A stretch of DNA of 64,000 bases from Candidatus Woesearchaeota archaeon (GTDB lineage: Archaea; Nanobdellota; Nanobdellia; Woesearchaeales; DSVV01), in NCBI GenBank assembly GCA_018661705.1, contig JABJHR010000010.1, positions 66,911 to 130,910 on the forward strand. The letters are read 5' to 3'. The position numbers were made by a program, and so were the translations under genes. Each line of letters begins with the position of its first letter. Position 1 is the stretch's first letter. Of this stretch, positions 18,699-28,437 are shown one piece after another. Under the pieces are notes generated by a model. That model saw only the letters and a program-made list of their open reading frames with translations, did no database searches and was not told the origin of the DNA.

Positions 18699-21389
18699 TT
18701 ATAAATCAATCAATCGTTTTTGTTTTAATTTAGTGAATTCAACAACATCATCTTCTTTATCATTCTCTTTTTTTGATTCATCTACTGAATCAGAATTAGT
18801 TTTTTCATTCTTATCATTAATTATGTTCTTTTTTTCATTTCCGTTTTTTCTTCTTTTCTCAACAATAATCTTATCTCTCATATTATCTGCAACTTCTAAT
18901 TTATATTGGATTTCTCTTGCTTTTTCAATTACATGTTTTGGCATGCCTGCTAATTTTGCAACATGCACACCAAAGCTTTTATCAGTGCCACCTTCTTGTA
19001 ATTTTCTTAAGAATATTAGTTCTTCTTTATTTTCTTTAACAGCAATGTGATAGTTTTTAACACCCTCAAACTTTTCTAACTTTGTTAAAACATGGTAATG
19101 TGTTGCAAACATTGTTTTTGCTTTAACTTTTTCATTGATATACTCTGCAACACTCCAAGCAATACTAACTCCATCAAACGTACTTGTGCCACGACCAATT
19201 TCATCCATTATGATTAGTGATTTAGATGTTGCATTATTAAGAATTGTAGCTGTTTCATTCATTTCTACCATAAATGTAGATTGTCCATGGGTTAAATCAT
19301 CATGCGCTCCTACCCTAGTAAAAATTCTATCAACAATTCCAATCTCTGCTTTTTTTGCAGGAACAAAACATCCAATCTGTGCCATTAAAACACATAAAGC
19401 AACTTGTCTCATTACTGTGCTCTTTCCAGACATGTTAGGCCCTGTAATTATCATCATTTTATTATCATTGTTAATAAAAATATCATTGGGAATGTAAACT
19501 TTTTCAATTTTCTCAATAACTGGATGTCTACATTCTTCTAATTTCATTGCAAATTTGTAGTCTACATCTGGCTTACAATAATTATTTTCACTTGCAATAT
19601 TTGCAAAGCTTAAGAAAACATCTATTTCAGAAATAAAATCACTTACGTCCTGAATTTGAATTGTTTGTTCAATAATGGTTGAGCAAACTTCTTGAAATAA
19701 TTTTAATTCTAATGTTTTGATTTTTTCTTCTGCTCCTAAGATTTTTTCTTCATATTGTTTTAGTTCTTCTGTAATATATCTTTCAGCATTTGCCATTGTT
19801 TGTTTTCTAATATAAACAAGGCTACCATCTTGATTTTTTGGAAGAAGATGTAAATTTGATTTTGTTATTTCAATAAAATAACCAAACACCCTATTAAAAC
19901 CAACTTTTAATGATTTAATTCCTGTTTTTTCTCTTTCTCTTTTTTCAATGTCTTTAATATATCCTCTACCATTTCTACAAATGTCATGGTACTCATCTAA
20001 TTCTTTATTATGTCCTTGTTTTATAATCCCTCCATCATTAACACTTAATGGTGGTTCATCTTTAATTGCAGCTTCAATTAGCCCAACTATTTCTTTCATA
20101 TCACTTACAATACTTACTTTTTCCAAATACTTATTTTTCAAATATTTTTCATCTAATAATGTTTTATCTACTTCTGTAAAAATTCTTTTTAATTCAGGAA
20201 TTACTCTTAATGATTCTTTTAATGCAATTAAATCACGAGCATTTGCATTTCCATAATTAACTCTTGAAATTAGTCTTTCAATATCTTTTACACTCTCTAA
20301 AACTTCTTTTAATTCTTGCCTAACAAGAATGTTTCTAAATAAAAAATCAACAGCATTTAGTCTTTGATTAATTTCTTCAATATCAAGAAGTGGATTAAGC
20401 AACCATCTTTTTAATAGTCTGGAACCCATTGGTGTAAGTGTTTTATCGACGACATCTAATAATGTATCATTTGAAGTATTATCTCTGATGTTACTTACAA
20501 TCTCTAGATTTCTAATTGTTGATTTGTCTAGGTTCATAAATTCATTTGTTGAAAAATATCTTATTTTGTTAATGTGTGTTAAACTAGTTTTTTGTGTTTC
20601 TTGGAGATAACTAATTAATGCGCCTGCACTTGCAATACTAAGTTTTCTTCCTTCTAGGCCATACCCTTCTAAATTTATGGTTTTAAATTGTTCAGTTAAG
20701 TTTTTACTTGCAATATCATGGAAATAAAATCTATCTTCATATTCGTTTAAGTAAAAGTTTTGTTTTTTTAATTCAGTAATTACTTTGTTATTAACTTGCA
20801 TACTTGGGAATATGATTTCAGCAGGACTAATTCTATGGATTTCACTCATTAATTTATCTTCACTAACTTCCGTTGTTAAAAATTCACCTGTTGATAAATC
20901 AACAATTGCAATTCCAATTACATTTTCGGTTTCTTTACTTTGGTTTAAAATTTTAGATGAGCTAGAAGTATTAGAATTAGCAAAATTCATTGAGAAATAC
21001 AAACTCATTAAATAATTATTTGCTTTATCTGAAATTAAACCACTATCAATAATTGTTCCAGGTGTCACAACTCTAACAACATCTCTTTTAACAACACCTT
21101 TTGCAAACTTTGGATTTTCTATTTGTTCACAAATTGCACATTTAATCCCTGCTCTAATTAATTTTGCTAAATAATTATCTAATGCATGGTAGGGAAGGCC
21201 TGCTAATGGTACTGGATTTTTAGTTCCTCGTTTTGTTAAGGTAATATTGAGAACTTTGGATGCTAATTTAGCATCATCATAGAACATTTCATAAAAATCT
21301 CCCATTCTAAATAATATTAAACAATCTGGATGCTTTTCTTTAAAGAAAACAAACTGTTTCATAGCTGGTGTTAAGTTGTCTTTGTCCAT
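18699..21389 (-). CDS. mutS: DNA mismatch repair protein MutS (MutS1)
   Basis: TPAMKQF, FRMGDFYEMF, TGPNMSGKST, STFMVEM, DEIGRGTST and ATHYH motifs. Confidence 0.98.
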   Translation of the reverse strand: MDKDNLTPAMKQFVFFKEKHPDCLILFRMGDFYEMFYDDAKLASKVLNITLTKRGTKNPVPLAGLPYHALDNYLAKLIRAGIKCAICEQIENPKFAKGVVKRDVVRVVTPGTIIDSGLISDKANNYLMSLYFSMNFANSNTSSSSKILNQSKETENVIGIAIVDLSTGEFLTTEVSEDKLMSEIHRISPAEIIFPSMQVNNKVITELKKQNFYLNEYEDRFYFHDIASKNLTEQFKTINLEGYGLEGRKLSIASAGALISYLQETQKTSLTHINKIRYFSTNEFMNLDKSTIRNLEIVSNIRDNTSNDTLLDVVDKTLTPMGSRLLKRWLLNPLLDIEEINQRLNAVDFLFRNILVRQELKEVLESVKDIERLISRVNYGNANARDLIALKESLRVIPELKRIFTEVDKTLLDEKYLKNKYLEKVSIVSDMKEIVGLIEAAIKDEPPLSVNDGGIIKQGHNKELDEYHDICRNGRGYIKDIEKREREKTGIKSLKVGFNRVFGYFIEITKSNLHLLPKNQDGSLVYIRKQTMANAERYITEELKQYEEKILGAEEKIKTLELKLFQEVCSTIIEQTIQIQDVSDFISEIDVFLSFANIASENNYCKPDVDYKFAMKLEECRHPVIEKIEKVYIPNDIFINNDNKMMIITGPNMSGKSTVMRQVALCVLMAQIGCFVPAKKAEIGIVDRIFTRVGAHDDLTHGQSTFMVEMNETATILNNATSKSLIIMDEIGRGTSTFDGVSIAWSVAEYINEKVKAKTMFATHYHVLTKLEKFEGVKNYHIAVKENKEELIFLRKLQEGGTDKSFGVHVAKLAGMPKHVIEKAREIQYKLEVADNMRDKIIVEKRRKNGNEKKNIINDKNEKTNSDSVDESKKENDKEDDVVEFTKLKQKRLIDL

Positions 21390-21523
21390 CTCTCTTTTAA
21401 ACCCCTCTTTAATTTGGATATTTTGGTGATTTATATAGTTAATTGGTGTTAAATATATATTACAAAGATTACCTCTATTTGAGTAGCTAAAACTTTAAAA
21501 ATCTCCCCATATTTCACTTTTAC

Positions 21524-22066
21524 ATGGAAATAATCTTAGATATAGAAACAGCACCTCTTACAGAGAATGCAGAAGATGCTTTATCTCCAATGAATGGAAG
21601 GGTGGTTGCAATTGGAATGAAGTATTTGAAGGAAGAATTAATTATTATGGAAGATGATGAAAAAGAATTAATACAGAAATTCTGGGAGAAAATAAGAGAA
21701 TTACACAAGCAATTTTCAATTATCAGATATGTTGGTTTTAATATTAGGGATTTTGATTTCTATTTTCTTATTAACAGGTCTCTTCATTTTAATTTAGAGA
21801 TTGTAAGACCAACAGGTACATCATTTATTGATCTTCGTGAACATTTGGCTTTGTTTAGGACGTATGGGAAATCAGGAACATTAAATGATTATGCAAAATT
21901 AATTGGGGTAAAAGGAAAGTATAAAGATATTAAAGGTGGAGATGTTCCTTTACTTTGGAAACAAAAACAATTTGAAGAAATTAGAAATTATCTTAGCCAA
22001 GATTTATTTATGACTCATGCATTATTTGAAAGATGCAAGAATATTGGATTGATATTTGAGAATTAA
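21524..22066 (+). CDS. RNase H-like (DEDD) 3'-5' exonuclease domain protein
   Basis: LDIET, GFNIRDFD and Y...D motifs. Confidence 0.8.
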   Translation: MEIILDIETAPLTENAEDALSPMNGRVVAIGMKYLKEELIIMEDDEKELIQKFWEKIRELHKQFSIIRYVGFNIRDFDFYFLINRSLHFNLEIVRPTGTSFIDLREHLALFRTYGKSGTLNDYAKLIGVKGKYKDIKGGDVPLLWKQKQFEEIRNYLSQDLFMTHALFERCKNIGLIFEN

Positions 22067-22098
22067 TTCTGTTTTTTATTTTTTATCTGTTTAGAATT

Positions 22099-22186
22099 TT
22101 TTTAATAATGTAGGTTGACAGGGGGTTGTCCCTTACGGGGTGGTCGATAGGTTTGAACGAAGTGAAAATCGTCTACCATTATTAAA
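22099..22186 (+). repeat. Element C' (GGGGGTTG hairpin variant)
   Basis: TTTTAATAATG/CATTATTAAAA arms. Core resembles 22950-23063 and 62259-62344. Confidence 0.65.
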
Positions 22187-22222
22187 ATAAAAAAATTCAA
22201 ATTCTTAGAAAAACCATCACAA

Positions 22223-22831
22223 TTAAATTTGGTTAAAGAAATTCAGTTCTCTATCTTCTAATTCTCGCCATTGACTTCTTACTAATCCTCGTCTTGTTAA
22301 CGTACCAAATTTAATTCTTTCCATAAATTCAATTTCATAGCCAAGGCTTGCAAAAACTTTTCTAACATATACATCACTTTTTTCAAAAACTTTTATTCTT
22401 AATAATGATTTTCTTTCGCTGGCAAATTTTATAATCCATGGCCTTAAGTGATGTTTTTTAAAATGAAAACCATTTCTCATTTCAATAAAATCTTTTTTTC
22501 TTAGTGGTTTATTTAATCTAATATAATATGTGAAATAGATTTTATTACTTCTTCTTATTTTCTCCACCATTTCTTTATCATCTGTTAAAACCATTAGTCC
22601 TTCAGAATCAAAATTTAATGTATCAACAGGAATTAAATTATCACTTACATAAAATGAGTCACCTGGTCTTCTATCATCATCCTGTGATCTTCTTTTGATT
22701 GGTTCTATATCAAACAATAGATTAATTGTATTTTTCTTTCCAATCATCCTTTCTTTTGGAAGTTCTCCAGTAATTGGATCTACAGAAATATATTCCTTTG
22801 GCTTGTTTAATACTATGTATTGAAATTCCAT
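22223..22831 (-). CDS. RsuA/RluB-like pseudouridine synthase homologue, catalytic motif degenerate
   Basis: LNKPK.Y and PVDTLNFDSEGL (canonical PVGRLD.DSEGL), plus RIKFG and WREL. Confidence 0.75.
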   Translation of the reverse strand: MEFQYIVLNKPKEYISVDPITGELPKERMIGKKNTINLLFDIEPIKRRSQDDDRRPGDSFYVSDNLIPVDTLNFDSEGLMVLTDDKEMVEKIRRSNKIYFTYYIRLNKPLRKKDFIEMRNGFHFKKHHLRPWIIKFASERKSLLRIKVFEKSDVYVRKVFASLGYEIEFMERIKFGTLTRRGLVRSQWRELEDRELNFFNQI

Positions 22832-22949
22832 AATATATAATTAAAGGGTTCTATTAATAAATATTTGTATAAATACATATTAAATTATATTTAAACATAG
22901 GATTTAGTAACAATGTCACATACAAAAAACAACAATGGCGCACTTTAAT

Positions 22950-23063
22950 AATCCAACAATAATGGCACAGACTGGCCGGGGGTTGGCTCCTTCGGAGTGG
23001 CCAGTAGGACTAATTCGAACATAGTGAGAATTTGGACGTCTGTTGCCATTATTATTGTTGGAT
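22950..23063 (+). repeat. Element C' nested beside a partial C arm
   Basis: AATCCAACAATAATGGCA...TGCCATTATTATTGTTGGATT arms, CTCC-TTC-GGAG hairpin and AATTC-GA-AC-ATA-GT-GA-GAATT hairpin. Confidence 0.75.
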
Positions 23064-23135
23064 TCATTATCTACTTATTTTCAATCAAAAACAGTAAAAA
23101 CATTTATAAACAAATTACTTTTCTTAAGACATCAT

Positions 23136-23309
23136 GGCGGCATAACTCAGCCTGGAAGATGTTGATCATCTGGGCAATTAGAGTGCCACGCTCATATTGT
23201 TGAGCTAGGAGTTCCTTAATTGGGATGATGACTAAACAAGAGGCACGTGGATGTCCCGAGTTCAAATTTTGAAAAAGTTATTTTTCAATTGAAAGTCTCG
23301 GTGCCGCCA
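23136..23309 (+). tRNA. tRNA-Met(CAT), probably elongator, with three introns (23156-23177 D-loop; 23197-23244 at 37/38; 23267-23295 at 59/60)
   Basis: Splicing gives a 75-nt cloverleaf: acceptor GGCGGCA/TGCCGCC, anticodon stem CCACG/CGTGG, CAT at 23193-95, T arm CCGAG-TTCAAAT-CTCGG. BHB-like junctions and a TATA about 26 nt upstream. Confidence 0.92.
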
Positions 23310-23345
23310 CTTTTTTATCTATATAATAAAAATTGGGGTGAAAGA

Positions 23346-23810
23346 ATGAGAAAACTGATTGTATTAATGATTGTATTGTTTCTATTTGGATTTATTGGAT
23401 GCACAACTGTTACAGAAGTTGTTACAGAAGAACAGCTAGAGAAGAGTATGGAAGAGAATGGTGCTGATGATGTTGAAGTTGACATTAAAGATGGTGGCAA
23501 AGAAATGACAATTGAGACAGAAGAGGGCACAGTTAATGTTAAAACAGATATGAAAAATGTTGATGATTGGTGTGCAACTGGTTCAAACTGGAAATATGCA
23601 GCAGATATTGATGATGGTCAAACTAATGCAAAATGGGAAGTTTTAGGTATGGCTTCTGGTGAATATGCTGGATTATGTCATGTAAAATACACAGCAGTTG
23701 GTCCAGAAGGAGATGCTACCATGGATTATTACTTCAGTGAAGATGGCGAATCTGGTTATTTTGAAATGGATGTAGGCGGCCAAGTTATGAAGCAAGAGTG
23801 GCACAACTAA
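23346..23810 (+). CDS. Putative lipoprotein
   Basis: GGGGTGA RBS, MRKLIVLMIVLFLFGFIGC lipobox. The ORF-track start overlaps the tRNA. Confidence 0.8.
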   Translation: MRKLIVLMIVLFLFGFIGCTTVTEVVTEEQLEKSMEENGADDVEVDIKDGGKEMTIETEEGTVNVKTDMKNVDDWCATGSNWKYAADIDDGQTNAKWEVLGMASGEYAGLCHVKYTAVGPEGDATMDYYFSEDGESGYFEMDVGGQVMKQEWHN

Positions 23811-23811
23811 A

Positions 23812-23990
23812 AGATAAGTAAGTAGTTTTAAGTCATAAGTAAGTAGTTTTGGTTTGTAGTAGATAAGTAAGCAGTGTACTACCAACTACCAACTACTAAC
23901 TACCAACTACCAACTACCAACTACCAACTACCAACTACCAACTTATAACCCACTTCATACTTCATACTTCATACTTCAAACTTAGAACTC
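23812..23990. repeat. Heptamer tandem repeats: AGT-type units, then about 9 x ACTACCA and 3 x ACTTCAT
   Basis: Direct inspection of the tandem units. Confidence 0.9.
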
Positions 23991-24399
23991 ATATCCCCCT
24001 TATCTACTCCCGAGTGATTTAATGTTTATTCTTTATGATTTTGCTAGTAGAAAGGTTGTATTCTTAAATTTCTTATATTTTATAATCTCCTTATCGCAAA
24101 GTTTATAAACTACCAATTACTATAAAGGAATACATTAAAAGAGTTGTGTTGGGCTTTATACGCCCTAGTATAGTACTAAGTATAGTACATCGTATAATGT
24201 TTCATAAAAGCATTAACTAGTAAACAAGAGGTTGAACTCTACTTTCCAAGTAGATAATGCTCTTAGCTTTATCTAATGCTTTAATCCAAGTAGATAAAAG
24301 AATAAAAAACGAGTCAGAAAACAAACAAAATAAGAAAAAAACAAATAAAACAAGCAAAATACATACATAAAATACAAAAAAGTACGGAAAAGAATTGAG

Positions 24400-24681
24400 G
24401 TGAAAAGAATGAAACGGATTATGGCAATATTAGGATTATTGCTCGTGTTTGGATTGGTGTTTGGGTGTAGTGCCCCATCAGAAGAACCTGCAATGGAAGC
24501 TGACGAACCAGCAGCAGATGTCGCAGAAGAGCCTGAATTAGGAGAAGAAGAACCTCTGCTAGAAGAAGATGAAAGTCTAGATGCAGGGGAAGAACCTGAA
24601 GGTGACATGGAAGATCCTGAAGCTGATGAAATGGAAGATGAATCAGAAGCTGAAGATGGTGAAGAGGACCTTGAGGTTTAA
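24400..24681 (+). CDS. Small acidic putative lipoprotein
   Basis: GAGGTG RBS region, hydrophobic stretch with VFGC, Asp/Glu-rich tail. Confidence 0.7.
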   Translation: MKRMKRIMAILGLLLVFGLVFGCSAPSEEPAMEADEPAADVAEEPELGEEEPLLEEDESLDAGEEPEGDMEDPEADEMEDESEAEDGEEDLEV

Positions 24682-24729
24682 AATGAATGGATTTTTTATT
24701 TTTCTTTTCTTAACAAAACAAATATGTAA

Positions 24730-24743
24730 TCACTGTGTGATAG
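24730..24743 (+). promoter_or_regulatory. Degenerate YYACT-N4-AGTAG operator
   Basis: TCACTgtgtGATAG, 15 nt upstream of TTTAAAAA (24759). Confidence 0.4.
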
Positions 24744-24788
24744 TTCTAAAAACAAAGATTTAAAAATCCACACGCACACCCTCCTTCT

Positions 24789-26153
24789 ATGGCCACTAAC
24801 TTAGCTAAGTTATTAGAATTAAGAACAGAATTAGATGGATTTCTATCAGGATATGAGCAAAGAAAGCATTTATTTGATCAAGTTCCTAAATACGATATAG
24901 ATCTAGTATTCTCTCTGTGGGATGAATATTTGGCTTTTTTAGATGAAAATGCTGATGCAGAGAAAGCAGAGCGAGTAAGAAGAGCAGAAAAAAGAGTAAA
25001 AGAAGGGCAAGAATATGAAGAAACACCTGCAGTGCATTTAGATGGTGGTTTTCCAGAGAAGATTCGTGAACCTATTAAACATATTTACAAGGCAATGAAT
25101 GATACATTAAATTTAGTTTTTCCTTCAACTAATATTCCAGAATTAGCTGAAAATGCACTAGGAGATCCCAAATTATGGAAATTCTTTGTTCATGATATTA
25201 ATCACCTTGATTCAGATCTTAACAGACAACAATGGACAGTTAGTCAAGTTTATTTTGATGAGTCTGTTGCAAGAATGAGGCACAGAAGAGAAGAAATGAG
25301 ATGGTTTTTAGAGCTATTCAATAATAATTCTGAATTTATGTATGGAGCTAAAATCGAACCATATAAAATGCTTGATTTTATTGTAGCAGATGAGCTTGGA
25401 GAAAGACAAAAGATGGCCTTCTTTAAACCAGCTGATTTGGCTTTGAAAACTGCTTTAACATTGCAAAACAGACATCCACAATTTGAATTTGCTTTAGTTA
25501 ACGAATTAACTGATAGTTTACAAAATGAGATTGCAGTTGATGCTGAACCAGTTGCAATGTATGGGAATTCTGGCCTAGCTTTTTCAATTCTTTATAATTT
25601 AGCTAAAAATGCTTACAAAAAAATGGTTGCTGGAAAAAATACTGGTGAAAAAATGTTTATGCAAGTTTATGAAGCTCCTTTATCTTCAGTTGTTATAACA
25701 GTAGGTGATAATGGAACTCCAATTGATTTAAACAAAATGAAATCTCAAGTAAGAGAATTAATCAAAGAAAATGGAATTGAAAGTGTTGTATTTCCTAATA
25801 AAGAAGCAAAACAAAGATATCAGGGTTGGCAAGAATCTGAATATAAAATTGGAGATTTAACCATGAAAGATATTACAGATGTTGCATTCATGGCAAGAAT
25901 GAGTGGATTTGATAGTGATAATGCATTTTCTTCAGGAATGGGTTTATATGGATTAAAATATTTTGTTGAGAAAATGGGTGGTATTGCTATGTATGGAGAA
26001 AACTTTGAAACTGGAAGTCCACTTTTCACTTGTATCCTTCCGAAGAAAATGGAAACTGGTGGGGTAAGAAGAGTTCTTAATTTATTATCATCTACTTATA
26101 ATGCTACTAAACTATACAGGCATGGTCATGGAAGAGTTCAAAGAACAGCATAA
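24789..26153 (+). CDS. Soluble histidine kinase-like protein (HATPase_c)
   Basis: H-box-like VHDINH, N-box YNLAKNA, G1 GDNGTPI and G2 SGMGL. Confidence 0.75.
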   Translation: MATNLAKLLELRTELDGFLSGYEQRKHLFDQVPKYDIDLVFSLWDEYLAFLDENADAEKAERVRRAEKRVKEGQEYEETPAVHLDGGFPEKIREPIKHIYKAMNDTLNLVFPSTNIPELAENALGDPKLWKFFVHDINHLDSDLNRQQWTVSQVYFDESVARMRHRREEMRWFLELFNNNSEFMYGAKIEPYKMLDFIVADELGERQKMAFFKPADLALKTALTLQNRHPQFEFALVNELTDSLQNEIAVDAEPVAMYGNSGLAFSILYNLAKNAYKKMVAGKNTGEKMFMQVYEAPLSSVVITVGDNGTPIDLNKMKSQVRELIKENGIESVVFPNKEAKQRYQGWQESEYKIGDLTMKDITDVAFMARMSGFDSDNAFSSGMGLYGLKYFVEKMGGIAMYGENFETGSPLFTCILPKKMETGGVRRVLNLLSSTYNATKLYRHGHGRVQRTA

Positions 26154-26159
26154 ATTACT

Positions 26160-26756
26160 TTAATTTTTTGATTCTGATATAATTACTTCACCAAGAGGAT
26201 CATTATTTTTCATTGACAATGCTACTGAATTAACAGAAATTCTAGTTAGTTCATCTTTGTATCTTCTGTTTTTGTCTAAATCTTCAGCAACTTCTAAATA
26301 ATGTGTTGCATGATTTACATAATCTTCTGAATCATCATATCTTTCTTCTTTAGTTAACAAATAAGCTTCATGCATATACACATTAGCAAGGTCCATAAAT
26401 ATTCTTGGATTATCTTTGTGTGTTTGAAGTCCTCTTTTAAGTAATTTAGTTGCATCATTAAATTTACAATATTTTGCTTCTCTCCAACCAACAGCAAAAG
26501 CATGGTAAACAGAAATATCTGCTTCTTCTTTTAGTTTTATCATTGATCCACATAACTCAATCATGGGTCTAACTAATGCGTCATATAATCCAGAACTATG
26601 TGTTCTTGCATACCAACGTGCATAAGATGTTGCAGAACCAGCTTCAACTAATTTAACTAATCTTTTTTTACCAAACACATCTAAATTTTTTCTAAGATAG
26701 TCTATTGTATCATCTAGTGTATCAAAAAACTTTGCTGATCTTGTCACCTCTACCAT
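26160..26756 (-). CDS. Hypothetical helical (TPR-like) protein
   Basis: 198-aa ORF with A..LL..GL...DNP.IF.DLA.VY pattern. Confidence 0.6.
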   Translation of the reverse strand: MVEVTRSAKFFDTLDDTIDYLRKNLDVFGKKRLVKLVEAGSATSYARWYARTHSSGLYDALVRPMIELCGSMIKLKEEADISVYHAFAVGWREAKYCKFNDATKLLKRGLQTHKDNPRIFMDLANVYMHEAYLLTKEERYDDSEDYVNHATHYLEVAEDLDKNRRYKDELTRISVNSVALSMKNNDPLGEVIISESKN

Positions 26757-26774
26757 AATTTCACTATCTATTAT

Positions 26775-26954
26775 CTACTCTATTTTTTTATTCATTTTTT
26801 TCAAAGGAAGAACAAAGATTAAATAAATTATTCCAAAACCTATGAATAAGTAAATCATGTCATAGGGATTCATTACAAAGTAAGTCATGTGAGCAATTAC
26901 TGAAACAATTCCAATAATTCCCCATATTAATTTAAGTTTTTTTTGGTCTATCAT
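26775..26954 (-). CDS. Small two-TM membrane protein
   Basis: MIDQKKLKLIWGIIGIVSVIAHM... The upstream extension in the ORF track is repeat sequence. Confidence 0.55.
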   Translation of the reverse strand: MIDQKKLKLIWGIIGIVSVIAHMTYFVMNPYDMIYLFIGFGIIYLIFVLPLKKMNKKIE

Positions 26955-26959
26955 TTTTT

Positions 26960-27082
26960 TGGTAATGGGTGGTGTGTTTTGAGTCTTGAGTTGGTTTTGG
27001 GCAAGTAAGTTTTGAGAAAATTGCATCAATACTCATAACTTCTTACCAACCCATAACTCAATACTCACAACTACTTACTATA
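26960..27082. repeat. Heptad-like GT-rich/AC-rich imperfect inverted repeat
   Basis: ttttgagtcttgagttggtt... versus ...cataactcaatactcacaactacttacta. Confidence 0.55.
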
Positions 27083-27083
27083 A

Positions 27084-28106
27084 TCATATCTTTTTCATAA
27101 TTACTTTATGTTTATATTTCTTCATTTCTTTCAAAGCTTGTTTCCATGTTAGTAATATATTTTTTGCTCCATAACTTTGAATTACACTTTCTGCATTTGT
27201 TGCTGCTAAGAATAAACAAAATTCAATTGGTTTATTTTTTGCTAATCCTGCAATAAATGAAGAGGTAAATGCATCACCTGCTCCTGTTGTTTCCATAATC
27301 TTAACTTTTCTCGGTTCAATATGGTATAAATAATTCTTTTTTTCATCAACAAAACAATACGATCCGTTTTTCCCATCTGTAATTAACACAATATTAGGTC
27401 CAAGAGTATTTAGTTCTTTAACTAATCTTTCAATTTTTATGTTTTTGTTTTCACATTTATATCCTAATAATAATTTTGCTTCCTCTAAATTAAGAACTAA
27501 TGCCGTTGTTTTGTCAAGAATTTTTTTTAATTTTTTAGGACCTTCTTTTGCAAGATAATTAGTAGGATTAAAAGCAATTTTTATCTTATTTTTTTCTGCA
27601 TATTCTGCTAGTTTCTCTAAAGTTTTAAATGATTCACCTAACATTGTGCAAAAATAAAACCATTTTGCTTTTAATTTTCCTTTTTTAATTTGTTTATTTA
27701 GCTTGCTGAATTTTAATTGATTGCTCAATGCCTTATACGTGAGGATAGTTCGATGATGTTCAATACTATCAAGAATTACTGAATATGCCGTCATTCCTTT
27801 TTCTTCTTCATGTCCTATAAAAGAAACTTTTTCTTTTTTCAATTCTTCAATTATATGTTTTCCATTATCATCTTTTCCAACCATTCCAAGACAAGCTGTT
27901 TTTAGTCCCAATCTAGAAAAACAAACACCTGTATTAGTTGCTCCTCCTCCTGTCATAAAATCAAGTTGTTCTATAAGAACTTTTTTCCCGCAAGGATAAG
28001 CAATAAGATCTTCCTGGCATGTTTTTGTTTTTATTCTTATTAGTTCATTGTCTGTTTTAACAAATACATCAACAGTAGCAGATCCAACAGTTATTACATC
28101 ATACAT
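27084..28106 (-). CDS. PfkB/ribokinase family carbohydrate kinase
   Basis: GSATVD, GGGATN, GKDDNG and ETTGAGDAF motifs. Confidence 0.93.
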   Translation of the reverse strand: MYDVITVGSATVDVFVKTDNELIRIKTKTCQEDLIAYPCGKKVLIEQLDFMTGGGATNTGVCFSRLGLKTACLGMVGKDDNGKHIIEELKKEKVSFIGHEEEKGMTAYSVILDSIEHHRTILTYKALSNQLKFSKLNKQIKKGKLKAKWFYFCTMLGESFKTLEKLAEYAEKNKIKIAFNPTNYLAKEGPKKLKKILDKTTALVLNLEEAKLLLGYKCENKNIKIERLVKELNTLGPNIVLITDGKNGSYCFVDEKKNYLYHIEPRKVKIMETTGAGDAFTSSFIAGLAKNKPIEFCLFLAATNAESVIQSYGAKNILLTWKQALKEMKKYKHKVIMKKI

Positions 28107-28366
28107 TTTAATTAATTCAGGGTTAAGGAAGTTTATAAATCTTGCTGTTTGATGGCAATGTCAAACTAATTGTGTTTGCCTACTATTTGTCATTTTCATA
28201 ATTTAATGCTTTAGCATACTTTGTTGTCTACCACATTGAGGCGAAGCAAGATGGTTGGTAGGCTGAAAATGGCTGGCAACACATATAACATAACATTGCC
28301 ATGTTTGTTAGTCTTGTTAATTTAAGTGTATTAATCATGAATGGGTGCCTTTTACACTTGAATCCA

Positions 28367-28437
28367 TAAAAATCCGGGAAAGTGCCTCATCCCACATTAA
28401 AGTGTGGGGTATGATGAGGCACTTTCCCGGATTTTTA
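28367..28437. repeat. Perfect 25-bp inverted repeat (element E)
   Basis: TAAAAATCCGGGAAAGTGCCTCATC (28367-91) and its exact complement (28413-37). Confidence 0.95.

Noticed and set aside
22997-23345. ORF 22997-23203 and the upstream extension of ORF 23247
   Set aside because: They overlap a repeat and the tRNA-Met gene. The real lipoprotein start is 23346, with an RBS.
23812-23990. CRISPR array
   Set aside because: These are 7-nt tandem units without unique spacers. No cas genes and no regularly spaced 25-40-nt repeats occur in the window.
21470-24256. Additional YYACT/AGTAG operator sites at about 21475, 24004 and 24239
   Set aside because: Wrong half-site spacing or no convincing TATA at 14-16 nt, so they were excluded from the regulon count.
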